IMG/VR virus record: IMGVR_UViG_3300034691_000049
Location: 8,810 to 72,809 of that record
Reading direction: 5' to 3' (one strand)
DNA length: 64,000 nucleotides
From: a virus
Shown here: positions 37,430 to 46,838 of the stretch, piece after piece
How positions within the stretch are numbered: position 1 is the first letter of the stretch
How the letters are laid out: every line of letters begins with the position of its first letter
Notes under the pieces: generated by a model
What the model saw: only the letters and a program-made list of their open reading frames with translations
Told to the model about the DNA's origin: nothing
The model's database searches: none
Program-made: the position numbers and the translations under genes

Positions 37430-37920
37430 CGTCCTTAAAAACTGGTGGTTAAAAAATGATCAGTAAACGGCCCCGTTATATAAGAGGGGGCTCACCTCCC
37501 CCGTCGGCGCCTAATGCGCAAGTGCTCCCGGAGGGAGCCCATCCCCTCAACACCCAACCCCACACCCGGGCACGACCTGACGCGTCCGCGCCCAATCGAG
37601 TGAGCGAAGCGAACGAGTGCCGGGATGCGGAAAGCGGAAGGGAGTGACCAGAAATTGAACAAAAAATAAACAGACAAAGAAAAACCCCCAGAAAATGGGG
37701 GTTTTGGTCTTGAGCACGAATTAACCAATAATTTGTGTGAGGTTCTGCTGACTGACCGGTTGCGATAGTAATTGTGAGATAGATCTACGTCAAGTGTCGC
37801 AAACCCCTGTCGTCTTTCCCATCGCTGTCCTCGTCCGCTGCGCGAACTCGGTTGCGTGGGACGACGACTGGTGTTTGCTAGGGAAAAGGGGTGTAGAATC
37901 GGCTGATTCATGATAAGGGG
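37430..37920. promoter_or_regulatory. divergent intergenic region with hairpin and A-tracts
   Basis: About 490 nt between divergent genes; AAAACCCC...GGGGTTTT hairpin at about 37681-37704. Confidence 0.55.
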
Positions 37921-37925
37921 GCTTT

Positions 37926-39209
37926 ATGAGCCAAGTTTGCTTGGTCACCGAGTCCGGTGACTATGTTTGCGGTACAGGGGACTGGACCGGGCCAAAGCCT
38001 GGAGATCCCAACACATCTGACCTATTGCTGCATGCAGTTCCTGCATTCGGCGGTGTGGATGTCACATGGACGTGGCCAGACACATTTCCCGAGGCTGTTG
38101 CGTACACCACGATTTATCGGGGTACAACTGAAGATTTCAACGCAGCTACGGTGCTTGTCGCAGCCGCTTCGGGCAACTTCTACTACGACCGTATCGAACG
38201 CACCGTTGTAACCCAGTTTTTCTACTGGATCATAGTTCACTCGATTTATGGCACACCATCTCGGCTTATCGGCCCTGCCTGGGCAAATGCGAAGCCCCGC
38301 ATTGAAGAAATGATCGAGGATCTCACCGGACAGATCGATAATGGTGTTTTGGCGCCTGCGCTGAAAAATGAGATTGCGCGTATCGAGCTGAACCATTTAA
38401 ACATCACCCAGGAGATGTTGGATCGCCAAGGCGAAGATGACGCACTCGCGGCCCAAATCACTGTCGTAGGTGCACATTCCGATGGCACCCGGGCACTTCT
38501 CCAACAAGAGGTGCTGGCTCGTACCGATCAGGGCTCTGCTTTCGTTTCCACAGTGAACACGTTATGGGCTGAAGTGAACGGCAATATCGCCGCTATTCAG
38601 GTACAACAGACCGCACTGGTCAACGATTTACAGGCACTTGCGCAACAAGTCACCAATCTGGAAACCCAGGTCGGCGAGGATCTTGCACAAGTGCTTCAGA
38701 CCATGCAGACCAAGATTGACATAGTGGACGGTAAAGTTGTCTCTATTGGGGCACTTTGGACCGCACAGGTAAACGTCAATGGTTTGATTGGCGGTTTTGG
38801 TGTTTACAACGATGGGCGCATTGTTGAGGCCGGTTTTGATGTCGATCGGTTCTGGGTAGGGCGCACTGGCACCAATAAGCGCAAACCCTTCATCATCGAG
38901 AACGATGTGACGTACATCGACGATGCCGCGATCAATAAGCTCACTTTTAGCAAGCTTCGCGATGAGTCTGGCAGCTTCATTGTTGCCAATGGCAAAGTGA
39001 AGGCTCAGTACCTCGAAGTTGATACCCTGACCGTAAACCAGGCCATGTCGAACAACTTTGTGTGGAATACGTCGGGTTGGGCTTTCCTGCGAGACGGCAC
39101 AGTTCAAATTAACGGGTCTGGTGGCCAAGGCCGCATGATCATGTCTCAGTCGCTGATCCAGATCTATGATCAGTACAATCGACTGCGCGTTCGCATGGGA
39201 CTTTGGTAA
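37926..39209 (+). CDS. tail protein with lambda gpJ-like C-terminal region
   Basis: FN3-like N-terminus, coiled coil, KPFIIENDVTYIDDAAI, and ends IYDQYNRLRVRMGLW. Confidence 0.75.
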   Translation: MSQVCLVTESGDYVCGTGDWTGPKPGDPNTSDLLLHAVPAFGGVDVTWTWPDTFPEAVAYTTIYRGTTEDFNAATVLVAAASGNFYYDRIERTVVTQFFYWIIVHSIYGTPSRLIGPAWANAKPRIEEMIEDLTGQIDNGVLAPALKNEIARIELNHLNITQEMLDRQGEDDALAAQITVVGAHSDGTRALLQQEVLARTDQGSAFVSTVNTLWAEVNGNIAAIQVQQTALVNDLQALAQQVTNLETQVGEDLAQVLQTMQTKIDIVDGKVVSIGALWTAQVNVNGLIGGFGVYNDGRIVEAGFDVDRFWVGRTGTNKRKPFIIENDVTYIDDAAINKLTFSKLRDESGSFIVANGKVKAQYLEVDTLTVNQAMSNNFVWNTSGWAFLRDGTVQINGSGGQGRMIMSQSLIQIYDQYNRLRVRMGLW

Positions 39210-39517
39210 TGTCTGCTGATCTTGAGTGTTACGACGAAAACGGCTTTGCTACCCTGACAGCTTCAACGCTGTTCGGGCGCACGCTGGGCACATTCAATAC
39301 CGGCACCGCAAACGGTTCCCTTTACTTTGCTGGTTTGACTTCTGCCGGTGCCACGCCTTGGATGATGTCCATGCCTGTGAGCAGCGAGTTTGTTTCGTGC
39401 CTCCCAACCTTCACCATCGCCAATGACGTGGTGTCCTGGACGTTTACTGACTTTTACGGCCCGGGCAACGTACTTGCGGTTCGCCACGGCTGTTCTTGCA
39501 TCGTAGGAACTAACTGA
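39209..39517 (+). CDS. small tail-tip-associated protein
   Basis: TAATG coupling to the gpJ-like gene. Confidence 0.7.
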   Translation: MSADLECYDENGFATLTASTLFGRTLGTFNTGTANGSLYFAGLTSAGATPWMMSMPVSSEFVSCLPTFTIANDVVSWTFTDFYGPGNVLAVRHGCSCIVGTN

Positions 39518-40173
39518 TGTTTGAACTGTGGAAAGATGACATGTCTCGCGTGCGTTTGGATGAAAATTCCCAAGCCGCGAGTTATTTGGGCGCTTACTGG
39601 ATAGATCGCACTGCGTGGACCTTGTATCCCGACGTAACGTACCCATACGGGTATGGTTCGGTGGGTATTCACCCAAGCACCACTTTTGTGATGTTCGGCA
39701 CCACTGACGGACAAACTGTGGCAATTGAGTCCATGGGTGGAAGCGTCCTTAACTTGGTGGCAACTGGGCGTGCGGGAATGTGGGTTTACTGTTTCGGTGC
39801 CCGTAACGTTACCGGTTCCAACTCTGGTTTGCAGTTACTCGACGCCGCGGGCAATATCACTTTCGACGCGCAAGCCAAGTGGATGCGACTGTCCGGTGTG
39901 ATCAACTCGCCGGCCTTTAATACCGACTATGGCTGGCCTGCGGGTGTAGCCACAGTTGCTGTAGGAATGTCCCACCGTGGTAACTGGATTCAGCAGAATC
40001 AGATCGGGCAGCAACGGGCGTTCCTGGTATTGAATTATGGGCTCCGGGTCAGTACCGGTTTAGCGGCAATCTCCGGCGTAGCTCGACAGGGGCCTCAAAG
40101 TGCCAGCCCACCGCCAACAACACCTCGACCGGCAATAGGGAACCTCATCTTTGCGGACGTAACACGCTATTGA
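39517..40173 (+). CDS. tail-tip-associated protein
   Basis: TGATG coupling; GLQLLDAAGNITFD motif. Confidence 0.7.
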   Translation: MFELWKDDMSRVRLDENSQAASYLGAYWIDRTAWTLYPDVTYPYGYGSVGIHPSTTFVMFGTTDGQTVAIESMGGSVLNLVATGRAGMWVYCFGARNVTGSNSGLQLLDAAGNITFDAQAKWMRLSGVINSPAFNTDYGWPAGVATVAVGMSHRGNWIQQNQIGQQRAFLVLNYGLRVSTGLAAISGVARQGPQSASPPPTTPRPAIGNLIFADVTRY

Positions 40174-40189
40174 TGATAAAGTTCGAACC

Positions 40190-40216
40190 ACCGCCCACGT
40201 TAGGGCGGTTTTTCTT
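40190..40216 (+). terminator. intrinsic terminator
   Basis: ACCGCCC-ACGTTA-GGGCGGT-TTTT. Confidence 0.8.
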
Positions 40217-40228
40217 AGGAGACAGCCA

Positions 40229-42685
40229 ATGACTGCTGTTTTGTTCAAGTTTTCGCACCCTGACGGGACTCCGGTGGCTGATGCCCCGTTTCTTGTCACA
40301 ACACGAAAACCGAGCTTCGATGAGACGCTTCGCAATGGCATTCAGGTGCCTGGCGACGTTGCAGGTGTAACTGACGCACAAGGCGAGGCAACTCTCGAAT
40401 TGATGGCAGGCTTCGCCACGTATTACCTGTTGATGGATAATCCCGGGGCTGTCCCGAGCGAAGATGGTTGCACTGCTGGTTTGCGCTACCGTTTCGTGGT
40501 CACCGAGTCGGATGTCCCGTTGCGGGTGGAAGACTTGATCGTCACCACACCAACGTTCTCCCGTCCGTGGGACGAAACGGCACTGCAAATCATCATTGAC
40601 GCCAAAACCTCTTCCCAGGCATCGGCTACTCATGCCAAAGCCTCTGAAGTGGCTGCTGCGGGTTCCGCTACTCAAGCAGGTCTGCATGAACAGGCTGCCT
40701 CGGGCTTTGCTGACGCCTCCGAAGCCTCTTCGGTTGCCTCGGCTAACTCGGCCACGGCCGCTGGCCTGTCGCAGGTTGCTGCCAAGCTTTCCGAGGACAA
40801 CTCGAAGCTGTCGGAAAATGCATCCCGTGCCAGTGAACTGTCGGCCGCAGCCTCGGCTGACTTCGCTGCCTCGGTGATCACTGACGCCCAGGCACAGGTT
40901 GACGAAGCCACTCGCCAAGCTGGTTTGGCTGGTGATGCGCGTGATGCGGCTGAACTGTCCGCTACCCATGCCAGCGACAGCGCTGCTGCTACCGCGGCTG
41001 ATGTGCTCACCACGGCTGCCAACGTTCAGACGACCCAGACCAACAAGCTGGCAACTGCTGCCGACGTGCAGGCTGTAACCACCCTGAAAGGCGAAACCTC
41101 TGACCTGAAAGATCAGGCCGGCATTGCCCGGGATGAGGCTGTAGCAGCGGCCCAGCAAGCTTCAGGCGCCTTTACCGATGGCGGTCTGGTCAACCTTTCG
41201 ACTGGTGCGTACCCGGCCAAGCCGTCGGTCTCGACCATCTGGCGTGTATCGGTCGGCGGTACTGTGACCAGCACCCCGGAAGGCACGATCAAGTACGTCG
41301 CAGGTGACAACCTGGTCTACTCGAAAACGGCCAACGTCTTCTATAAGACGGACAACAGCCAGACAGTGACCTCGGTAGCCGGCCGCATCGGTGATGTGGT
41401 GGTGACGGCTGCTGACGTAGGCCTACCTAACGTCAACAACACTGCGGACATGGACAAGCCTGTGAGCAATGCTCAACGGACTGAGTTCAATGCCCGGACT
41501 GTGACGACCAGTAACCTGGATACGACGGCAAACCGCTTGGTGAAAGTCGGCGACTACGGTGAAAACGGCGGTGTGCCAATCTCCCGCATCGTAACCGATG
41601 ATGCCAACGCTTTGTCTGTGGCCGGTACTTATGCCTTCACCAATGGTGGTGTAAACGTCCCGGAAGCGGCTTACATCAAGCACATCACGGGAACGGCCAC
41701 CGGCTACGCCAAACAACTGGCGTACGGCATTTTGACGGATAAACAGTATGTTCGAACGCAGAAAGCTGGCGTTTGGACTGCCTGGACTTCCTCGGTGGAG
41801 ATTGTCGATGCATTGAACAGCACCGACCCAAATAAAGCACTGTCTGCCAAACAAGGCAAAGTGCTCTACGATTTGCTGCAAGCCAACAACGTCACGGCGG
41901 TTCGTTACACTTACAACCTCACTGCGGGCCAAACAGCTATCACCGGCGCCGACCTTGCAGGCAAAACTCTGGTGTATACACCGGGTGCCTTGCTGATGGT
42001 GGAACTGAATGGTTTCCCTATCTGGATTGCCAATGACTACACAGCCAGCAATGGTTCGCTGATTACCTTGTTGCAAGGTGTCGAAGCGGCCAGTGAAGTT
42101 GCCGTTACAGTCTTTGGTTCGTTTTCGGTAGCTGATCACTACACAAAGGCTGAGGACGATGCGCTGCTCGCGGTTAAAGCTTCCGCGGCCACAGTGGCAA
42201 CTATTCAGTCCACTTATAACAAATTAACGCTCGATATTACGCAAATCGCTACTAGTGGCGTAAATAAAGATTTTGTTATTCCTTCTAACGCGAAACGGGT
42301 AACATTATTTTTTAATGGTTTGAGCGGATCTGGCAGCGCAGCTATCATTGCACAACTGGGTGCTGGTAGTGTTCAAAGTACCGGGTATGTCTGCGCCAAT
42401 ACTGTTATTTTGAACAGTAGCTCGACAGTAACTCAAGGATCTACCGGGGTTATTTTTGGTGGTACAGCAGGGGCCAACACTGTTTATGGCAGCATAACTT
42501 TTACTCACATGGGGAATAATACGTGGGTGTGCACAGGCACTGTCAATTATAGTAACGTGGCAGCCACTGGCTTTATCTGTGGTGCAGTAACTTTGACCGG
42601 CACTCTTGATCGCCTTCGTGTTACCACAGCTAACGGCACAGACACATTTGATGCCGGTGCTGTTAACGTACTCGTTGAAGTTTAA
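40229..42685 (+). CDS. tail fibre protein (818 aa)
   Basis: Ala/Ser-rich shaft; VTSVAGRIG, DVGLPNVNNTADMDKPVS, ALSAKQGKVL and VWTAW fibre motifs. Confidence 0.85.
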   Translation: MTAVLFKFSHPDGTPVADAPFLVTTRKPSFDETLRNGIQVPGDVAGVTDAQGEATLELMAGFATYYLLMDNPGAVPSEDGCTAGLRYRFVVTESDVPLRVEDLIVTTPTFSRPWDETALQIIIDAKTSSQASATHAKASEVAAAGSATQAGLHEQAASGFADASEASSVASANSATAAGLSQVAAKLSEDNSKLSENASRASELSAAASADFAASVITDAQAQVDEATRQAGLAGDARDAAELSATHASDSAAATAADVLTTAANVQTTQTNKLATAADVQAVTTLKGETSDLKDQAGIARDEAVAAAQQASGAFTDGGLVNLSTGAYPAKPSVSTIWRVSVGGTVTSTPEGTIKYVAGDNLVYSKTANVFYKTDNSQTVTSVAGRIGDVVVTAADVGLPNVNNTADMDKPVSNAQRTEFNARTVTTSNLDTTANRLVKVGDYGENGGVPISRIVTDDANALSVAGTYAFTNGGVNVPEAAYIKHITGTATGYAKQLAYGILTDKQYVRTQKAGVWTAWTSSVEIVDALNSTDPNKALSAKQGKVLYDLLQANNVTAVRYTYNLTAGQTAITGADLAGKTLVYTPGALLMVELNGFPIWIANDYTASNGSLITLLQGVEAASEVAVTVFGSFSVADHYTKAEDDALLAVKASAATVATIQSTYNKLTLDITQIATSGVNKDFVIPSNAKRVTLFFNGLSGSGSAAIIAQLGAGSVQSTGYVCANTVILNSSSTVTQGSTGVIFGGTAGANTVYGSITFTHMGNNTWVCTGTVNYSNVAATGFICGAVTLTGTLDRLRVTTANGTDTFDAGAVNVLVEV

Positions 42686-42723
42686 TTAATAGCTGCCCGA
42701 GAAGGGCAGCCAGGGGGTTTCAA

Positions 42724-43215
42724 ATGGCTTCAACAATTTCGCGGATTCTCTCGCAATTGCGCTTTCCGCTTCCGGTAAGCTTAGGGGGTACAGGCAAGAC
42801 TTCTATGGGTGCGGGGGCTGTAGGTACTGTTTCGCAGGCCGCAGGAATAGCCACTGGGGCTATCTTGCAAAGTGTCACCACGGTTGTTGGTAGCCAAACT
42901 AACAGCTATACCAAGTATGCAGACGGACGTCTTATTTGCACTAGTGTCATTAACTATAACGGTTTAGGTACAACCGTAGCTTGGGGGTCATTATTTATTG
43001 GTGGTTTGGCCGCAGCTCAGGATTATCCTGTACCGTTTATTACAGTACCGGCTGTAACGCAAACCTTCCAATCTAACGGGGTGAGTCTCATGGCGTCACC
43101 CCTATTGAGTACTGCTACACAATGGGGTGGTTGCTACCCTGTAGGTGCTTATAGTACAGGTGGTAGTACTTACACGGCTGAGCTTCATCGAACCGCTATT
43201 GGCCGTTGGTACTAA
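42724..43215 (+). CDS. short tail-fibre-like protein
   Basis: LPVSLGGTG, YTKYADGRLIC, C-terminal AIGRWY typical of fibre tips. Confidence 0.7.
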   Translation: MASTISRILSQLRFPLPVSLGGTGKTSMGAGAVGTVSQAAGIATGAILQSVTTVVGSQTNSYTKYADGRLICTSVINYNGLGTTVAWGSLFIGGLAAAQDYPVPFITVPAVTQTFQSNGVSLMASPLLSTATQWGGCYPVGAYSTGGSTYTAELHRTAIGRWY

Positions 43216-43230
43216 TTCAAGGAATAACAC

Positions 43231-43302
43231 ATGAAACTCAGTGAAGTCCGTAACAAGTTTAAATACCGAGTGTATGTCCGCGGTTATTACTTCAAACGAT
43301 AA
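43231..43302 (+). pseudogene. 23-codon remnant resembling the endolysin 5' end
   Basis: MKLSEVRNK versus MMLTEVRNK; has its own AAGGA RBS. Confidence 0.55.
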
Positions 43303-43313
43303 GGAGCGATACC

Positions 43314-43811
43314 ATGATGCTGACCGAAGTGCGCAACAAGATCTTTCCGAAAGCGTTTAAATTGCTTCCGGCTTCCATGAACTCGCCGGCTGCCCAGGTG
43401 ATCCTTCTCACTATTGGTTTGCAGGAATCGCGGTTCGAGTTCCGGCGCCAATTGGGCAATGGGCCGGCCCGGGGCTTCTGGCAATTCGAGAAAGGCAATG
43501 CCACTTCTCGCGGCGGTGTTTGGGGTGTGGCCAACCACGCCAAGACGGCCGAGACCCTGAAATTTGTGTGTCAGGCTCAGGGCGTGCCCTTTGATGTTGA
43601 CGCCATCTGGGCTGCGCTGGAGACCGATGATGTGCTGGCCTGCTGTGTGGCCCGTCTGCTGATGTACACCGACGCAGCCAAGCTGCCTGCGGTAACGGAC
43701 GCCGACGGTGCCTGGGAGATGTACGCAAAACGTACCTGGCGCCCGGGCAAACCACATCCTGAGACCTGGGCCGCATTTCATGCACAAGCCCGTACAGAAG
43801 TGGGGGTTTAA
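43314..43811 (+). CDS. endolysin (lysozyme/transglycosylase-like)
   Basis: LLTIGLQES...GPARGFWQFE; directly before the spanins. Confidence 0.75.
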   Translation: MMLTEVRNKIFPKAFKLLPASMNSPAAQVILLTIGLQESRFEFRRQLGNGPARGFWQFEKGNATSRGGVWGVANHAKTAETLKFVCQAQGVPFDVDAIWAALETDDVLACCVARLLMYTDAAKLPAVTDADGAWEMYAKRTWRPGKPHPETWAAFHAQARTEVGV

Positions 43812-44318
43812 ATGATCAAGGCCTTCCTCGGCGAGCACTGGATTGCTATAGTGCTCGTCGTCGGGGCCTTGGGTGTTGGATTCGCCCAAGGCACCAGTTA
43901 CAGCGAAAAGGGCTGGCTAGTCCGTTGGGAATCACGCAATGCGGAAGAATCGACGGCCAAGGCAGCATTCGAACTCAAGCAACGTGAAACAGAACGAGGT
44001 TTACGCGATGATCTCGCAACTCAACTTGAAGTCAACGATAGACAACGTATTGAAAGCCAGCGCAATAAACTTGACGCTGATGTTGCTCTTAACAGCATGC
44101 ACGGCGAACTCGGCGCCCTACAGCTACGTCTTCAGCGAGCCAGTAACGCTTCCGGCAATTCCAGCGCAGTTTCGTCAGTTACCCGCGCCGCAATGGTGCT
44201 CTCCGACTTGTTTGCAGGCTGTAGCACAGAGCGACAAGAACTCGCGGGAGCGTTTGACGAATCTCGCAACCGAGCCTTAAAAGTTGAACAAATGTACAAC
44301 AAAGCACGGGGCCAATAG
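43812..44318 (+). CDS. Rz-like inner-membrane spanin (DUF2514-like)
   Basis: N-terminal TM then coiled coil; AAMVLSDL motif. Confidence 0.8.
   Translation: MIKAFLGEHWIAIVLVVGALGVGFAQGTSYSEKGWLVRWESRNAEESTAKAAFELKQRETERGLRDDLATQLEVNDRQRIESQRNKLDADVALNSMHGELGALQLRLQRASNASGNSSAVSSVTRAAMVLSDLFAGCSTERQELAGAFDESRNRALKVEQMYNKARGQ
44008..44280 (+). CDS. Rz1-like outer-membrane lipoprotein spanin embedded in Rz (+1 frame)
   Basis: Lipobox LLLTAC, Pro-rich body, CSPTC; GAGGT RBS before ATG 44008. Confidence 0.7.
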   Translation: MISQLNLKSTIDNVLKASAINLTLMLLLTACTANSAPYSYVFSEPVTLPAIPAQFRQLPAPQWCSPTCLQAVAQSDKNSRERLTNLATEP

Positions 44319-44333
44319 GCCCCGCTTCTTTTT
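44307..44333 (+). terminator. intrinsic terminator
   Basis: CGGGGCC-AATA-GGCCCCG-CTTCTTTTT. Confidence 0.75.
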
Positions 44334-44614
44334 CAGCCGATAACGTTATCAGCGTCAAGTTCGTTCTCTTCGCAGTATTCCCGTACGATCCCGTCCGGGT
44401 CATGCCCCAACTCCAGAGCCAGATCGTGAAGCGCAACGTAAGCAGTCATGGTGTCACCACGCCCGCACGATACGACCTTCACACCTTCAATGATGTCCGA
44501 CTCGTCTGCCAGGGATTTGGTGAAGGGGCCGGCAAACATCCCGGTGAAGTTCTCTTCGTTGGTGATCTCAAAGACCACAGTGAAGTATTTCTTTACTGGT
44601 TTGTCGTTACTCAC
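44333..44614 (-). CDS. hypothetical protein
   Basis: Probable GTG start overlapping the upstream stop. Confidence 0.6.
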   Translation of the reverse strand: MSNDKPVKKYFTVVFEITNEENFTGMFAGPFTKSLADESDIIEGVKVVSCGRGDTMTAYVALHDLALELGHDPDGIVREYCEENELDADNVIG

Positions 44615-44858
44615 CGTAACCCCCAACTTTCGCTTCTTTTGCCAATTGAGTGGCCAGAATCGCCTGATTCTGGAGTTCTTCGTGGTCAGTGTTGCCATGG
44701 GCAACCATATCGACTAATTCTTGCAGTACATCGCACTGCGCGGGAATATGGCCATCGGCCGAGGTCACAACTTCGTACGTCTTACCATTAATGGTTACTT
44801 CACGCGGGTGAACCTGAAGGCCGTCGGTTAGGATTACCAATGTCTGAAATGTGGTCAT
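44607..44858 (-). CDS. hypothetical protein (MTTFQTLV...)
   Basis: ATGA overlap with the upstream gene. Confidence 0.6.
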   Translation of the reverse strand: MTTFQTLVILTDGLQVHPREVTINGKTYEVVTSADGHIPAQCDVLQELVDMVAHGNTDHEELQNQAILATQLAKEAKVGGYGE

Positions 44859-45238
44859 GCAAACACCTTGATGAGGTACATGGCAACTCCGCAGGCTGCT
44901 GCGAGCTGAACGCCGAAGTTGAGATTGTAGAGCGCACGCACTGCGCGTTCTGGCTGATAACGGTCCCACTCTTGTACCGTCATGACGTAATGTTTGTCTG
45001 AAGGCTTGGCCAAGCGGTAAGTGCCCGCATTCAAACCATTACCCAGGCCACGGACGGCAGGCATAAGACTACAGCCTTGAACGTAACCGTCAGCGTGTGG
45101 GTTATTCACCAACAGGATGTCACCGACGGCTTGAGACTGTTTACCTTCAGCGCCCTTGTGGGTGTAGTAGGCAATCTCGGTGGCGATAACGATATCACCA
45201 TGAAGCAAACCCAGCGGGTTCTTACGGTCTCGTGCCAT
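44855..45238 (-). CDS. hypothetical protein with hydrophobic C-terminus
   Basis: 127-aa ORF within the gene run. Confidence 0.65.
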   Translation of the reverse strand: MARDRKNPLGLLHGDIVIATEIAYYTHKGAEGKQSQAVGDILLVNNPHADGYVQGCSLMPAVRGLGNGLNAGTYRLAKPSDKHYVMTVQEWDRYQPERAVRALYNLNFGVQLAAACGVAMYLIKVFA

Positions 45239-45286
45239 GGGAATATGCTCGTAAAAAAGCCCCGCAGAGCGAGGCTTGGTGGTTGA

Positions 45287-45610
45287 TTATTCAGAGGCCG
45301 GATTATCGACCCCCCATCGTTTGCCTAGCACTCCCTCGACAATCGAGAAGAGTTTACCGCCGTAGTGCGCGGCGATGGACGTTGCGATTGGTTGGGTGAA
45401 CCAAACGGGCACACCGTCGGCAATGAGTGGGTACATGTCCCAAACAAGCCAGCCAGCCAACACCGCACCGGTTAATTGTGCCGAGAGCCACAACAGCGAG
45501 AATTTCTGGCCCTTTGCCAAGGCAGAAGCCACGGACAGGAAGCCAGAAAGAAGGCTGAGGACTACAGCGAAAATCGTGCCGGTGACGGCAGGATCTTGTT
45601 TCCATGGCAT
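45287..45610 (-). CDS. putative holin (3 TM)
   Basis: Three hydrophobic segments, LLSGFLS...GAVLAGW...IAAHYG pattern; GGAG RBS. Confidence 0.6.
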   Translation of the reverse strand: MPWKQDPAVTGTIFAVVLSLLSGFLSVASALAKGQKFSLLWLSAQLTGAVLAGWLVWDMYPLIADGVPVWFTQPIATSIAAHYGGKLFSIVEGVLGKRWGVDNPASE

Positions 45611-45683
45611 AGCAAATCTCCGGTCAAATAGCCTTAATCTGGCCAGGGCACATAATAGTGGCAATTTGACCGGAGAGATATAC

Positions 45684-46205
45684 TCAGCCCAGGAGAACCT
45701 GACGAATTACAGCGATGCGGTTAAACAGCACGGTGTATAGCGGATGCTGTCCAAGGAAACGTTCATTTACTTGGTTTACCCACATCGGGCCGTAGATTGC
45801 GTTCATCAAGTCGTTATTCAACGCCTGAAGACCATTTACGTCGGAGATAGGGTCGAACTCTTTGGTTCGTGCCATCAGCAACACTTTTTGATCAGCGTCG
45901 AGGTGGTCCATTTTCTCGATGTCACCGATCACGGTAAACGTGAGGGTTTTCGGGTCAACCTTACGGAACAAGGTTCCGAAGGGGTCGAGACAACCGACAA
46001 TGTAATGATCGCTCGCAGCAAGGAAGAATTCCCGCGTACTCAGCGATCCCATGCTGTTCCAGTAGCAGGTAGAAGTTTGGCCGTGCCCAATGACAACAAG
46101 GCGGCCTTTGCCAGGCGCTTCATCGACCAACGACACAGTAATAACGTCACCAGTGGTTTCGTCTTCAATACGCATGTCTTCGGTCTTGCGGGAAGTTACT
46201 TTCAT
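45684..46205 (-). CDS. hypothetical protein (173 aa)
   Basis: ORF within the packed - strand run. Confidence 0.7.
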   Translation of the reverse strand: MKVTSRKTEDMRIEDETTGDVITVSLVDEAPGKGRLVVIGHGQTSTCYWNSMGSLSTREFFLAASDHYIVGCLDPFGTLFRKVDPKTLTFTVIGDIEKMDHLDADQKVLLMARTKEFDPISDVNGLQALNNDLMNAIYGPMWVNQVNERFLGQHPLYTVLFNRIAVIRQVLLG

Positions 46206-46208
46206 GGT

Positions 46209-46370
46209 TTACAGCTCCAACAGGGCGTCGGCCACCGCCTGGATGATAGTGATGCTCTCTTCGGGCATCTGGCCGGTAGCAATGCTAACAGCCTGTGCCC
46301 GGGAAGTGAGCGGGAAGAACTCCGGGTGCTGCTCTTTAATGGCGGCAGCGACCTCTTCTGGCTCGCTCAT
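46209..46370 (-). CDS. small hypothetical protein (53 aa, MSEPEEVAAA...)
   Basis: Read by hand; fills the gap with ATGA overlap. Confidence 0.6.
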   Translation of the reverse strand: MSEPEEVAAAIKEQHPEFFPLTSRAQAVSIATGQMPEESITIIQAVADALLEL

Positions 46371-46588
46371 TTCACTTCTTCGAACGACGACGTGACGCTT
46401 TGGGCTCGGACTTGGTCGAAGACAACGGCGTTGCTGTGAGCTGCTTTGATATCTTCGCAGGTGTCTTCGCTGTCGCTTTGGTCGTTGAAACGTCCGAAGA
46501 TTTCACCCTTGGCTTCTTCGTAGCTAGGGTTGTTTTCCGGGTCGATGTCGATGATGGTTTCGATGGTGGTGATGAGGCGGACTTGCAT
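46367..46588 (-). CDS. acidic hypothetical protein
   Basis: GGAGG RBS. Confidence 0.7.
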   Translation of the reverse strand: MQVRLITTIETIIDIDPENNPSYEEAKGEIFGRFNDQSDSEDTCEDIKAAHSNAVVFDQVRAQSVTSSFEEVK

Positions 46589-46824
46589 AGAACCTCCTGG
46601 TACAACAATTTGTGAAGCGCTTTGCGCTTCTTGAGCGGGATCTCCAGCGTGTCCTTACGGAACGCTGTCCATTCTTCGAGGGAAACCTGTTCCCAGTTGC
46701 CCGGGACCGGCAGGGAATCCATGTCCCAGCTCCGCACGCAGCGGCTGGCACGATGAACGAAGAAATACCGGCCGTTGACCGGTGCGTTACCGAACTTGCC
46801 GGGTGAGTGCAGAGACTTGGCCAT
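46372..46824 (-). CDS. hypothetical protein; C-terminal half overlaps the next gene
   Basis: AAGGA RBS; N-terminal ~80 aa look globular. Confidence 0.55.
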   Translation of the reverse strand: MAKSLHSPGKFGNAPVNGRYFFVHRASRCVRSWDMDSLPVPGNWEQVSLEEWTAFRKDTLEIPLKKRKALHKLLYQEVLCKSASSPPSKPSSTSTRKTTLATKKPRVKSSDVSTTKATAKTPAKISKQLTATPLSSTKSEPKASRRRSKK

Positions 46825-46838
46825 GTTGTTTCCTTGGT

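Noticed and set aside
37456-37911. Short ORFs in the divergent intergenic region
   Set aside because: Atypical composition, weak or absent RBS, overlap with hairpins
46372-46590. Basic Ser/Thr/Lys tail of ORF 46372..46824 as a functional domain or programmed frameshift
   Set aside because: It is the alternative frame of the next gene and no slippery site is seen; the same applies to the tail of 59101..59535
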